A DNA stretch of 64,000 bases from a bacterium (GCA_963676395.1 OY781066.1:2047586-2111585), one strand, 5' to 3'. Positions 1 to 9,960 are shown, counted from the first letter of the stretch. Program-made: numbers and translations. The notes: generated from the sequence alone by a model not told the origin.

Positions 1-640
1 CGGCTTGAGCATCATCAATAAATGCGATCTTAGGGCCAACATTAGAAAGGGCAATACCTAAATCCAATCTATCGTCTAATAGGCGTTTAATCTGATATCC
101 AATATCAAAACCAAGATGGAAAGAATCTCCATTACCCTGTTCTGCACCGGTATTAACATTAGAAAGCATTTGGTATGCAAACTTAAGGTTAACACCCAAA
201 GCAGAATTTGAAGTAATTTTTGTAGCATAGGATCCGCTGACAGCCATCATATATGATCTAAATTCACCTCTTACATGGCCATATTCATCAGTCCACTGCT
301 GTTGTCCAAGATCCAAATAGATCATATGACCACCAAACGTACCTAAATTAGGGACTTTATAGCCACCGGTTAAAAAAGTATATCCCATATCGCTTACAAG
401 ATTGGGTAACCATTTTGCATACATGGCTCCAACCTCATTCTTGCGCAAATAAGCAAGACCGGCAGGGTTATAAAATGAAGCATAAGCGTCATCTGTGATG
501 GCAACATGGGCTTCTCCCATAGCTTCTGCACGAGCACCGGGAGCGATCAATAACCAAACTGCACCGGTTGATGTAATCGCGAATGCAGATGATACCGTTA
601 GAATGAGTCCGAGGATGAGGGTAAACACTTTGCGTTTCAT
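1..640 (-). CDS. PorV/PorQ-family outer-membrane beta-barrel protein, N-terminal part (gene runs off the left edge)
   Basis: Not in the ORF track (no stop in window). Own translation from ATG 640..638: MKRKVFTLILGLILTVSSAFA signal peptide, then APGARAEAMGEAHVAITDDAYASFYNPAGLAYL (PorV/PorQ-like GAR-x-MG...DDA...NPAGLA signature). AGGAG RBS is upstream. Confidence 0.6.
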   Translation of the reverse strand, partial: MKRKVFTLILGLILTVSSAFAITSTGAVWLLIAPGARAEAMGEAHVAITDDAYASFYNPAGLAYLRKNEVGAMYAKWLPNLVSDMGYTFLTGGYKVPNLGTFGGHMIYLDLGQQQWTDEYGHVRGEFRSYMMAVSGSYATKITSNSALGVNLKFAYQMLSNVNTGAEQGNGDSFHLGFDIGYQIKRLLDDRLDLGIALSNVGPKIAFIDDAQA

Positions 641-712
641 AAAACTTATCTCCTAATAATGAAAATGAGCGATCTTATAACGCTCATACGACATATCGTT
701 ATAAGATGCGAC

Positions 713-741
713 ACCTTAACTTAAACTTCTATTTTTGTCAA
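713..741 (-). promoter_or_regulatory. candidate sigma70-type promoter for the PorV-like gene
   Basis: Minus strand TTGACA (741..736), 17-nt spacer, TAAGGT (718..713), about 70 nt upstream of the ATG at 640. Confidence 0.35.
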
Positions 742-846
742 GCACCTTTAACGAACTGATCTTTAATGTATACCTCTTTTTGTATTGACTAAATATTGGT
801 AATTATTTTCTAAATGTCAAATGAAAATTATCATTTGAAAAGTTAT

Positions 847-1299
847 TTATTCTTTCTCTATGTCCCGTATTCGTTTGTTGAATTCTTCAACCGATTCAAA
901 CTCGTGATATACCGACGCAAAGCGGATATAAGCTACTTTATCAATATCTTTAAGGGCATCAATGACAAGTTCACCGATTTGTTTTGATGGCACTTCGCTC
1001 AGCCCTTCGGTCAGGATCATATTTTCAACATCTTTTACGATCGTGTGTATAGCCTCCATGGAAACCGGACGTTTTACACAAGCTAAAGAAATACTTCTGA
1101 TCAGTTTTTCGCGATTGAATTCTTCACGTGAGCCATTTGATTTAATAACCAAAGCTGTGGTAAGACTCACATATTCATAAGTTGTAAAACGAAATTTACA
1201 TTTTTCGCATTCGCGACGGCGACGGATCCCGTTCTCTTTGTTAAGGGGACGGGAATCTATCACTTTATTTTCTTCGTATCCGCAATTGGGACATCTCAT
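847..1299 (-). CDS. nrdR: transcriptional repressor NrdR
   Basis: [18 protein letters not shown] zinc ribbon plus an ATP-cone region. 150 aa. 4-nt overlap with glyA. Confidence 0.95.
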   Translation of the reverse strand: MRCPNCGYEENKVIDSRPLNKENGIRRRRECEKCKFRFTTYEYVSLTTALVIKSNGSREEFNREKLIRSISLACVKRPVSMEAIHTIVKDVENMILTEGLSEVPSKQIGELVIDALKDIDKVAYIRFASVYHEFESVEEFNKRIRDIEKE

Positions 1300-2597
1300 A
1301 CTTTAAAATCCTCGTAGAGGGGGTATTTCTTAATTAACACATCAACATCTTTGCGAGCTGCTTTTAAGTTGTCTTCATTTTCAGGATTATTGATCACCTT
1401 ATTAATGATATCAGCAATACTCTTCATGTCGTCTTCTTTTAATCCCCTGCTTGTCAATGCCGGCGTTCCAAGTCTAATACCGCTGGTTACAAACGGTGAG
1501 CGGTCATCGAAAGGAACCATATTTTTATTGCTTGTTATACCAATGGATTCCAGCACCTGTTCCGCTTTTTTTCCACTAATATTTTTATTATGAAGATCAA
1601 CGAGTACCAAATGGTTATCTGTACCACCTGAAACCAGGTCAAAGTTATAGGATACAAGCGCTTCTCCGAGAGCTTTGGCATTCTTGATAACCTGATGACA
1701 GTAGTCTTTAAACTCAGGCTGTAGGGCTTCACCGAAGGCAACGGCTTTCGCAGCAATAATGTGCATGAGCGGGCCGCCTTGAATTCCCGGCATAACCGTT
1801 GAATCATAGAGCTCGGACATCATTTTTACGCGACCTGATTTTGGAGCTACGATACCAAAGGGATTTTCTTTGTCTTTACCCATTAGAATCATACCACCTC
1901 TGGGACCACGTAAGGTTTTGTGGGTCGTCGTGGTTACAACATCACAGTAGGGGATGGGAGAGGGGTGTAAGCCCGTAGCGATCAGTCCGGCAGGATGTGC
2001 AATATCGGCCATGAGAAATGCACCAACCTCATCGGCGATCTCGCGGAATTTTGCAAAATCATAATGACGTGTATAGGCCGAAGCACCTGCAATAATTAGT
2101 TTTGGTTTATGTCTATGGGCTTTTTCTGCCAGATCATTATAGTCTATACGTCCATCCTCTTTCTTAACGCCATAAGACACAATATTATAGAGTTTGCCAG
2201 AAAAATTAACGGGGGAACCGTGGGTAAGATGACCGCCGTGAGACAGATCCATGCCAAGAATGGTGTCGCCCGGTTTAAGTAAGGTGAAAAATACAGCCAT
2301 GTTGGCTTGTGAGCCGGAGTGAGGCTGTACATTGGCATATTCGCAGTTAAAAAGTTCTTTAGCACGCTTGCGAGCAAGGTTTTCAACTTCATCAACGCAT
2401 TCACAACCGCCGTAGTAACGCTTACCCGGGTAACCTTCGGCATATTTATTGGTCATGATATTACCTGAGGCTTCCAAAACTGCTTTAGAGACAAAGTTCT
2501 CTGAAGCAATCATTTCAAGAGAATTACGTTGACGTTCAAGTTCATTTTTAATGGTTGAAAAAACATCAGGATCGTTCTTTTTGATGTTCTCGTACAT
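1296..2597 (-). CDS. glyA: serine hydroxymethyltransferase
   Basis: 433 aa with [26 protein letters not shown] and [14 protein letters not shown] (PLP-lysine motif). Confidence 0.97.
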   Translation of the reverse strand: MYENIKKNDPDVFSTIKNELERQRNSLEMIASENFVSKAVLEASGNIMTNKYAEGYPGKRYYGGCECVDEVENLARKRAKELFNCEYANVQPHSGSQANMAVFFTLLKPGDTILGMDLSHGGHLTHGSPVNFSGKLYNIVSYGVKKEDGRIDYNDLAEKAHRHKPKLIIAGASAYTRHYDFAKFREIADEVGAFLMADIAHPAGLIATGLHPSPIPYCDVVTTTTHKTLRGPRGGMILMGKDKENPFGIVAPKSGRVKMMSELYDSTVMPGIQGGPLMHIIAAKAVAFGEALQPEFKDYCHQVIKNAKALGEALVSYNFDLVSGGTDNHLVLVDLHNKNISGKKAEQVLESIGITSNKNMVPFDDRSPFVTSGIRLGTPALTSRGLKEDDMKSIADIINKVINNPENEDNLKAARKDVDVLIKKYPLYEDFKV

Positions 2598-2606
2598 ACT
2601 TCATCC

Positions 2607-3071
2607 TTATTTTTCTGTTAAGCTGTGGATTTTTTCCACTCTTTTTTGATGGCGTCCACCCTCAAAATTACTTGCAAACCAAGCATCGATGATCTTATCC
2701 ATTTCTTGAAGGGAGTTCATTCTTGCTCCCATAGCCAGAATATTGGCATCGTTATGCTTGCGTGCCATTTCTGCGTGTAGAGGTGTTGTACAAAGACCAG
2801 CTCGCACACCTTTTACTTTATTGGCGGCAATACTTATACCTATACCGGTTCCGCAAATGATAATGCCCTGAGAACCGGGGTCTTCTGTTACCGCTTTACC
2901 GACCGCAACACCAAAGTCCGGATAGTCAACGGAGTCCTCAGAAAAACATCCTTTATCTATAACGGAATATCCCATGTTACCGACATAATCGATAACATGG
3001 GATTTTGCTTCGAATCCGGCATGATCGGATCCTATGTAAATTATTCTACGGTTACTGTTCGTGTTATCCAC
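2607..3071 (-). CDS. rpiB: ribose-5-phosphate isomerase B (RpiB/LacA/LacB family)
   Basis: IYIGSDHAGF, ICGTGIGISIAANK, GGRHQKRV. 154 aa. The only start codon gives a 31-nt overlap with the upstream gene. Confidence 0.9.
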   Translation of the reverse strand: MDNTNSNRRIIYIGSDHAGFEAKSHVIDYVGNMGYSVIDKGCFSEDSVDYPDFGVAVGKAVTEDPGSQGIIICGTGIGISIAANKVKGVRAGLCTTPLHAEMARKHNDANILAMGARMNSLQEMDKIIDAWFASNFEGGRHQKRVEKIHSLTEK

Positions 3072-4318
3072 TTGTAACTATTTCCCAGGGGTTTGTAAGT
3101 GTTTGTACCTACTTTGTTTGCGTCACCAATAAGGAAACGATCTTTTGCTTTTGCAATGGTCAGATCATTATCATAGAGATATTTTAAACGGAATTGAGCG
3201 TTAAAGTTACCCAATTCTTTTGATTTCTTGTAATCTTCAAATGCCATATGGTAAACGATTTTATCATTACAGTCAATCTTACCTTTTTCCAATGTGCCCA
3301 TTTCAGCGGTCGTTTCAAGAACTTTTGCTCTTGCAAAGTAAACGTCTTTATTTTGAGGAGCGACCTTAACTGCGGCAGAAATAATCTGGTATGCTTTTTC
3401 GTAATTACCCATTGAAACGTTTTTATTGGTGACTTCAATTTGCATGTTGATATCGCGAGGATTTGAGCGTGCATAGTTTTCTAACACTTCCAAACCTTCA
3501 ACAGGCTGGCCACTGTATTCGTAACATTCGGCTAATTTTTGGACTAGCGTTACATTCATTGGATTTAATGATAATGTTTGCTTTGCAACCGTGATGGCTG
3601 TTTTATAATCGTTGCCATTAAATAAAGCATTAATATAAGCTAAAGCCTTTGACGCATCTGATGTGTTGTTTTCCCATGCTTTCTGGTAGAATGCCTTAGG
3701 ATCGCGACCCATTTTCCCAAGAACGGAAATGATGGAGTTAATCGCGGTGTTGTTGTTTGGGTCTATATCAAGGATTGTTTCCCAAATATCCAATTCTTCA
3801 TCATAAAGACCCAACATATCGTAAGCATTGGCCTGTTTTGACATGTATTCCACATCATCAATGTAAAGAGCATTATACTGCTGATATACATTTAAAGCAC
3901 CTTCAAAATCACCGGCACGTTCTTTGTAGTAAGCTGATAATTGGAGCAAGTGCTGATTAGTTCCATCGTAAGTTAAACCTTCGTCAATGTAGAAAGCAGA
4001 TGAATCGGGGTTGCCGAGTTTGTTGTAACAAAAGGCAATATCTTTAAATAAAGGATCAATAAAATCTTCAGCACAACCCATGTTAATGATCTCACGATAG
4101 TTTTTGATCGCGCTTGTCCAATTTTGTTGCTTTTTGTATTCTTTTCCATTACTCAAATAGAATTTACATTTGTTAAATACTTCTTCTTTTTTTTGCTCTT
4201 TTAATGCGTTAGCCTCTTCCGTGTTGACCTGTCCTTGAGGGGGAACACAGTTGTAAACACCTGTTAAGAGGAAGATGAACAGCAAAGATATAAGTAGAGC
4301 TTTTCTGGTTCTTGACAT
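3041..4318 (-). CDS. secreted TPR-repeat protein
   Basis: N-terminal hydrophobic signal (LLISLLFIFLLTGVYNC). Repeated about 34-aa A/Y/L-rich helices (AIKNYREII, ALNVYQQY, AITVAKQTLSLNP, AYQIISAAVKVAP). Confidence 0.7.
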   Translation of the reverse strand: MSRTRKALLISLLFIFLLTGVYNCVPPQGQVNTEEANALKEQKKEEVFNKCKFYLSNGKEYKKQQNWTSAIKNYREIINMGCAEDFIDPLFKDIAFCYNKLGNPDSSAFYIDEGLTYDGTNQHLLQLSAYYKERAGDFEGALNVYQQYNALYIDDVEYMSKQANAYDMLGLYDEELDIWETILDIDPNNNTAINSIISVLGKMGRDPKAFYQKAWENNTSDASKALAYINALFNGNDYKTAITVAKQTLSLNPMNVTLVQKLAECYEYSGQPVEGLEVLENYARSNPRDINMQIEVTNKNVSMGNYEKAYQIISAAVKVAPQNKDVYFARAKVLETTAEMGTLEKGKIDCNDKIVYHMAFEDYKKSKELGNFNAQFRLKYLYDNDLTIAKAKDRFLIGDANKVGTNTYKPLGNSYKWITRTVTVE

Positions 4319-4332
4319 TTTGTCTCCTATTC

Positions 4333-5589
4333 CTATCTATATTTTCCGCGAGTTTTAAACCAATTTTCTGCGATCGTAATACTAAAATTAAGGCTGTAGA
4401 CCATTTCATTAAGGTTTAATGGCTCAATACCTTCTTCTTCGTAAATGGTACCGTAATTGTATTCTGCAACAAAGGCAACATCAAGTCGGTTACGATATCC
4501 CGTAAACGGGAGTCCAAGACCAAGTGTGATCCCGTAAGTCTTAACAGGAACTCCTGATGAGCTTGCCATATATTGTTCTTCGTAAAAAGCTCCCGCCCTA
4601 TAAGTTAAGGACTTATAATAGGGAACATATTCACTAAGAATACCTTTTCTTTCAAAACCTAATCCATAATGATTATATGCTTGGATCTGTGATCCTTCGT
4701 AGAAAGGATTGAATGAAAAATCGGGTGATAAAGTAGTAAACTGATACTGCATCCAATCTACGGTGAAAATATAACGAGCTGTAGGCATGAATGCAAGACC
4801 TACCGCAAAACGATTTGGAAGCAGGTTTACATTATTATATTCGAATGTATCAATATGAGAATAAAAATCATTTAAATTTGAACCAACCATATAATTGGCG
4901 ATCTGTCTGTGTGAAATATTATTTACATGGGTATACGATGCTCCTAGAGACAAAAATTTGAAAGGTTTCACGTTGATACCGCCGGTAAACTGCCAACCAT
5001 TAAAACCTTCGTCTTTTTCTATCCTGACATCAGAATAGTCTTTGGAAGTAAAATCCATCTCATGTACGATATTATAACCACCGACTAAATAATCGGCAGA
5101 CAATCCAACAGCCACTTCACCATTCTTGAAAAAAGAATACGCAACACCGGCAGTAGCAGCATAAATGCTTCCCTCCGAGGATGAGGTTTCCGTATATGTA
5201 TTCTCGGGTGTAGTGATCTGATAAGAGGCATGTGATGATGTGATGGGAGTCATACCGATCACTAATCCACCTTTATCTGCAAGGGGGAATTTGAGTAGAC
5301 CGCAAGAAAACCCTGTATAACCATTTGTATACCCGATGCCTTCTATTGCGTTCAACTGAGTTCCAACACCAACTTCCATACCGGCTTTTTGCAAGAATGC
5401 TATATTTGCAGGATTTTGCATATTGGCAGAGAGTGAGTCTGAGTAAGCCACCGAACTTTTACCTCGGCCTTGGGCAGCTACAGTGTAGTTAATACCGACC
5501 TTACCAATACCGTAAATGTCAAAGATACCCGCATAAGCCGAAGCGGATACTAAAATTGAAAAAAGTATTATATATAGTTTTTTATTCAT
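4333..5589 (-). CDS. outer-membrane beta-barrel protein, PorV/FadL-like
   Basis: Signal peptide ending SASAYA. AAQGRGKSSVAYSDSLSANMQNPANIAFL resembles the PorV-type N-terminal motif. Alternating beta-strand pattern throughout. Confidence 0.5.
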   Translation of the reverse strand: MNKKLYIILFSILVSASAYAGIFDIYGIGKVGINYTVAAQGRGKSSVAYSDSLSANMQNPANIAFLQKAGMEVGVGTQLNAIEGIGYTNGYTGFSCGLLKFPLADKGGLVIGMTPITSSHASYQITTPENTYTETSSSEGSIYAATAGVAYSFFKNGEVAVGLSADYLVGGYNIVHEMDFTSKDYSDVRIEKDEGFNGWQFTGGINVKPFKFLSLGASYTHVNNISHRQIANYMVGSNLNDFYSHIDTFEYNNVNLLPNRFAVGLAFMPTARYIFTVDWMQYQFTTLSPDFSFNPFYEGSQIQAYNHYGLGFERKGILSEYVPYYKSLTYRAGAFYEEQYMASSSGVPVKTYGITLGLGLPFTGYRNRLDVAFVAEYNYGTIYEEEGIEPLNLNEMVYSLNFSITIAENWFKTRGKYR

Positions 5590-6838
5590 CGTTAACCTTT
5601 GTGTACACGATATCTAGCGAAATGTCATCCGGATCGATCAATATCTGATTAAAGTCATATAAATCGTTTTCCAAGTAGAAAAAAATTCCTTCGTATTCCA
5701 TGTCCTTCGGATTGGAAACCAGGTACTGGATTAATTGAACGATATTAATGACTACCGTGTCTTCAATGCTTGTAAGCTTATTTGAAAGCGCAGTATATAT
5801 ATAGGTAAGACTATCAATTTCCCAATAATCACTGCGGAATAATCTTGCACCGATCTTTAGTGTATCATTTTCACCGATACTGCTTAAACTGTCATCCATT
5901 AGGAATTTTAATTCAGCGCGATTAAGTAATTGCCTGGGGCCAAGCAGTGTGTCGACCCTGAGACTATCCATTTCGATATATGATCTTGATATGTTTCCTT
6001 GGGACAAGTAGAAAAGATCTTCATCAAGAACGCGTTCGTTAACGGATTGCTGTAGGTCACCACTACAATAAATTGAGAATGTACTGTCTTTAATATATGT
6101 ACCGTTTGTATCGTTTAAGGTGCATTGAATTTCTATACGAGGATCAAAAGTACCTTTATGATCCATGGCATAAAAAGCGATAAGTCCTTCCGAACCAGCA
6201 CTGGGAGTTACGGTGAAACCTGTGTTTGAGTCGGGATATTCATACCAATTACTAATAGTGTTAAGGTCAATGGGAATTTCAATCGATTCATCAGAGGTAT
6301 TAAAGCTGAAAGAACTGTAAAATGATGTTCTTCCCTCTATATCTGTATATACCTTTTCTACATCGCTGGTATTTAACCAATGGAGCGAAGTGTCAGGGTC
6401 TACCATGTTTAGATCAATGGAAAAATCACCGGCATCACCCCAGTAATCATCAAGGAAAAACTTGATTTTAGCTTCATTCATGACAAAATCAATGCTGTCA
6501 GCTAAATGCGTAAATACCGTGAAGTTGGTGAACTTAATAATAAACTCTGTTGATAAACCCAAATATTTACCGACTTTATCTTGCAGTAGTTTATTACCGC
6601 TTGCATCAGCGGATAGGTTCTTTGTTGAGGTGATAACGCTTTGATCATAACTAAGCGTATCCAGTAAAAATGTTTTACCCCCATAAGGAGTACTGAAAAT
6701 ACCCTGCGTACAGGATGTGGAAGCGATCATGATTATTACAATACAAAAAAAAGTCAAAGTAATGCTACTTTGACGATTTATTTTCGCTTTGCGTGTAATA
6801 TCAGATGCTGTCGAGGAATTCATAAAGTTCTTTTGCAA
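5582..6838 (-). CDS. lipoprotein, DUF4270-like (call by synteny)
   Basis: Lipobox-like IASTSC. Sits directly downstream of a short glycogen-synthase-like gene, the arrangement I recall for DUF4270 genes in Bacteroidota. No catalytic motif seen. Confidence 0.4.
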   Translation of the reverse strand: MQKNFMNSSTASDITRKAKINRQSSITLTFFCIVIIMIASTSCTQGIFSTPYGGKTFLLDTLSYDQSVITSTKNLSADASGNKLLQDKVGKYLGLSTEFIIKFTNFTVFTHLADSIDFVMNEAKIKFFLDDYWGDAGDFSIDLNMVDPDTSLHWLNTSDVEKVYTDIEGRTSFYSSFSFNTSDESIEIPIDLNTISNWYEYPDSNTGFTVTPSAGSEGLIAFYAMDHKGTFDPRIEIQCTLNDTNGTYIKDSTFSIYCSGDLQQSVNERVLDEDLFYLSQGNISRSYIEMDSLRVDTLLGPRQLLNRAELKFLMDDSLSSIGENDTLKIGARLFRSDYWEIDSLTYIYTALSNKLTSIEDTVVINIVQLIQYLVSNPKDMEYEGIFFYLENDLYDFNQILIDPDDISLDIVYTKVNDE

Positions 6839-7637
6839 TTGGACCCCAAAATTCTATGTTATCGTTAGAGCTGTTTATGTCGAAAATCTTATTATGTTCC
6901 TTTTTGGAAGATAATATTTCAGCGATTTTCTTTTTCTTTAGCATTGAGGACATTTTATCCTCTTTTCCTGATTTTAGCTGAATGATCGCATCGGAATATT
7001 CCATGGCTGACTGCATGAATGTTTGGGGATCTAGCAGATCTTTATTGTTTGTAACATGGAATTTCTTTAAAGCATCTTCTGTAAAATTGTAAAAAGGTTC
7101 ATCATGGGAAAATACCGAAACGACCTTGGTGTTGGCAAACCATTCATGATCTTTTAATACTGTTTTTAGTAAGATCGGAATAAGTAAGGATTGCCAGTTA
7201 TAACAAAGCAGGACATCCGGTTGCCAATACAATCTTTCCAAAGTATTCAGGGCCGCAAAACTGTACATTAAAAAGGTATCAAATACATTTTTATTTTTTG
7301 GTTGCTGATAATTGCTGGTTACCTGTTTACTGATCTCTTTATAGAATTCAGGAAAAATATTAAAGTATACTTGAACTCGTGAGTCGGGAATAAAGGCCGA
7401 TTTAACCGAAGAAATAGTTTCTTCTTCACCCATATTAACCGAGATCTCTTTGAGACGGATCACTTCACGAAGGATGTATTTTCTTTCGGAAATAAACCCA
7501 TAGCGAGGTAAAAAGACCCTGACATCTATTTTGTTTTCGTTGAAAACCTTAGAGGTATTCGATATGAAGTCGCCCTCGGTAGATGCCGGAGTGAAAGGCG
7601 AAACACGTTTGGAAATGTTGTAAATCTTAAGACTCAT
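6801..7637 (-). CDS. short glycogen/starch-synthase-like protein (GT5 N-terminal domain only)
   Basis: 278 aa. VSPFTPASTEGDFISN and VRVFLPRYG resemble the GlgA N-terminus (APF..TGGL.DV, V.V.LP.Y). The C-terminal GT domain is absent. Confidence 0.5.
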   Translation of the reverse strand: MSLKIYNISKRVSPFTPASTEGDFISNTSKVFNENKIDVRVFLPRYGFISERKYILREVIRLKEISVNMGEEETISSVKSAFIPDSRVQVYFNIFPEFYKEISKQVTSNYQQPKNKNVFDTFLMYSFAALNTLERLYWQPDVLLCYNWQSLLIPILLKTVLKDHEWFANTKVVSVFSHDEPFYNFTEDALKKFHVTNNKDLLDPQTFMQSAMEYSDAIIQLKSGKEDKMSSMLKKKKIAEILSSKKEHNKIFDINSSNDNIEFWGPIAKELYEFLDSI

Positions 7638-7671
7638 TTACGCATTTTGGTTTTTATGAACTTAACTCTGT

Positions 7672-7700
7672 AAATTACAAAAATATTTGGCAGGTGTCAA
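7672..7700 (-). promoter_or_regulatory. candidate sigma70-type promoter of the 7637->847 operon
   Basis: Minus strand TTGACA (7700..7695), 17 nt, TAATTT (7677..7672), about 35 nt upstream of the ATG at 7637. Confidence 0.45.
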
Positions 7701-7888
7701 TCATTTAACCAATTATATAAAAGCGTATAAATCTGTAAATTATTGGGCGATTTAAAATACATTATTTCGGTAAATGGGAACATTTGATTTTTTCTGATTT
7801 TAGAATTTTGGTTTAAATCAATATAAATACCTTGCAATGTCATTAGGAAGTAATAAATTCAGTCAGCACAAAGGGAAAGAGGCAAGTC

Positions 7889-8965
7889 ATGGCAGAAAAA
7901 CTAAAAGATCAATTAAAGAATGTTAACTACCTGAGAACAATTGCCATTTTATTGGCATTTGTGATTGCCGTATATTTTTTTAAAGAACTTTCAGCGATAT
8001 TTATCCCCTTGTTATTGTCGGTGTTCTTTGCCTTTATGATGGGACCTCTGGTAGCATTTATGGATAAGAAAAAAGTTCCTAATTTTATCAGTATGATGCT
8101 CGTTTTGGTTATAGTGACGATCATTCTTTTTATTATAGGTACTGTGGTTTATGCTTCTATTGCTTCATTTGCAGGTGAATTCCCTAAATATCAGGATAAG
8201 TTTATACTTGCCTATGAAAACATTATGTCTACATTGAAAATACCTATTGAGGATGCACAATTTTTCTTCCAGAATCGCGTAAATTGGTTTGAGATAGCCG
8301 ATAGGATCTCTCTGCAAAGTATTATTACCTCAACCATGGGGTCCTTTTTAGATTTCGTGGTATCACTGATTATCATGATCCTATTAATGATGTTTATGCT
8401 TGGAGAGCGTAAACATATCGCTGAAAGATTACAGGCGGTACTAAAAAGAAAAAATTCGACGATCAAGCCCAATATTGCCAAAGAAATACAAAAAAAGATC
8501 CAAACCTATATATCTCGTAAAACATTGATTTCGCTTGGAACTGCTCTGGGTGCTATGGCCATCGGTTTGATATTTAAACTGGATTTTATTGTTATCATAG
8601 GTATTTTAACATTTATATTAAATTTCATTCCAAGTATTGGTTCGATCATTGCAACTATATTTCCAATTTTGATTTATCTTCTTCAGTACGGTTTTGATGG
8701 TAAATTCTTATTGCTGATTATTCTTCTTACTTCCTCACAGTTCCTGTTCGGGAATGTCCTTGATCCACGATTTGTCGGTCAGGGCTTAAAACTCTCACCT
8801 CTATTTATTATTGTATCCTTGTTTTTCTGGAATTGGTTGTGGGGACCGATCGGAATGATCCTGTGCGTACCATTGCAGTCGATCATTGCTTTAATTCTTC
8901 AAAATAGTGGAGGTTCGATTACCATACGAGCAATTATGGGGGAAACGGTTCCACTTTCTGATTAA
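7889..8965 (+). CDS. AI-2E family transporter (PerM/UPF0118)
   Basis: 358 aa, multi-TM. LNFIPSIGSIIATIFP and WGPIGMILCVPL are typical of the family. Confidence 0.85.
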   Translation: MAEKLKDQLKNVNYLRTIAILLAFVIAVYFFKELSAIFIPLLLSVFFAFMMGPLVAFMDKKKVPNFISMMLVLVIVTIILFIIGTVVYASIASFAGEFPKYQDKFILAYENIMSTLKIPIEDAQFFFQNRVNWFEIADRISLQSIITSTMGSFLDFVVSLIIMILLMMFMLGERKHIAERLQAVLKRKNSTIKPNIAKEIQKKIQTYISRKTLISLGTALGAMAIGLIFKLDFIVIIGILTFILNFIPSIGSIIATIFPILIYLLQYGFDGKFLLLIILLTSSQFLFGNVLDPRFVGQGLKLSPLFIIVSLFFWNWLWGPIGMILCVPLQSIIALILQNSGGSITIRAIMGETVPLSD

Positions 8966-8996
8966 TTGAGAGTTAAGGGTTGAGAATATTAAGAAT
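8966..8996 (+). repeat. short low-complexity intergenic motif (TTGAGAGTTAAG ... ATTAAGAAT)
   Basis: TTGAGAGTTAAG at 8966-8977 and ATTAAGAAT at 8988-8996, starting directly after the stop codon. Confidence 0.25.
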
Positions 8997-9033
8997 CAAG
9001 AGTTCTATGTTCAGCTCTAAATTCTAAGCTTTT

Positions 9034-9960
9034 TTAGATCTGATAATAACAATTGTCGTTGATAAATTTTCTTACGAATTCCCATTCATTTTCACTGAGT
9101 CCCCATTTGCCTAGGACATTGGTTTTATTTCTGCGAAGATCGTGAAAATCAGAACCTCCGGTATAGGGAAGCTCATGTTTAAGGCAATGGTCAATGAGGA
9201 TTCGCGAAAATGAAGCAGAATGATTAGGATGGTAGGCTTCAAAACCGTTTACCGGGATCATTTTCATAATATCAAATGATAGTTCTTTCAGGAAAAGGCC
9301 CGGATGTGCAAGGATACTGATACCTCCGGCTTTCTTGATTAACTCCATGGCTTCTTCAAATTCTAAACGTGCTTTAGGAACGTAGGCCGGTTTACCATCT
9401 CCAATATACTTATTAAAGGCTTCGTTAAAAGATTTAATATAACCTTTGGCGATCATTGCGCGAGCAATATGCGGACGACCAAGTGTTGTATCTTTTGGAT
9501 AATTTTTTTTAACTTCTTCAATACTTAGTGGCTTCCCCAATTCACATAATTTATCACACATGCCTTCAATACGACGATAACGGATTTTTTGGAAGTATTC
9601 TAAACGCTTAATAAAGGTTTCATTTTCAGGGTCGAATCCATAAGCCAATAAATGTAAGCCGACATTTTTATAGTCAACAGACAGTTCAACACCGGGTAGA
9701 GCAATTCCATTAAAGGTTTTTTTAAATTCTTTAAACCCGCTAAATGTATCATGATCGGCTAATGCCCCAACCTTGATTTTGTTTTTTTGAAGCATTTTTG
9801 CAATATCTGTGGGTGAGTATTCACCATCGGATGCAGTTGAATGAATATGAAGATCGGCAATGATCTCTTGGGCCGGCTGTGAGTCGGGTACTTCTGCAGT
9901 CATTTTAGAAAATGTAATCGTCATAAGACAAAAAGATAAACCAATATTAAAAATAAACAA
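9034..9960 (-). CDS. PHP-domain phosphoesterase (TrpH/YciV family)
   Basis: DLHIHSTASDG, LADHDT, GVELS, ILAHPG, GGSDFH follow the E. coli YciV motif order. Start uncertain: TTG 9960, ATG 9924 or ATG 9903, none with a clear RBS. Confidence 0.85.
   Translation of the reverse strand: MFIFNIGLSFCLMTITFSKMTAEVPDSQPAQEIIADLHIHSTASDGEYSPTDIAKMLQKNKIKVGALADHDTFSGFKEFKKTFNGIALPGVELSVDYKNVGLHLLAYGFDPENETFIKRLEYFQKIRYRRIEGMCDKLCELGKPLSIEEVKKNYPKDTTLGRPHIARAMIAKGYIKSFNEAFNKYIGDGKPAYVPKARLEFEEAMELIKKAGGISILAHPGLFLKELSFDIMKMIPVNGFEAYHPNHSASFSRILIDHCLKHELPYTGGSDFHDLRRNKTNVLGKWGLSENEWEFVRKFINDNCYYQI

Noticed and set aside
3041-3071. The 31-nt overlap of the TPR gene and rpiB, considered as a frameshift or fusion artefact.
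   Set aside because: Both reading frames are intact, with their own stop and start. RpiB homology begins right after its ATG, so this is treated as a genuine overlap.
8964-9005. GAGAGTTAAG-type repeats considered as a CRISPR array or tandem repeat.
   Set aside because: The copies are single, dispersed and irregular. There is no repeat-spacer periodicity and there are no cas genes.
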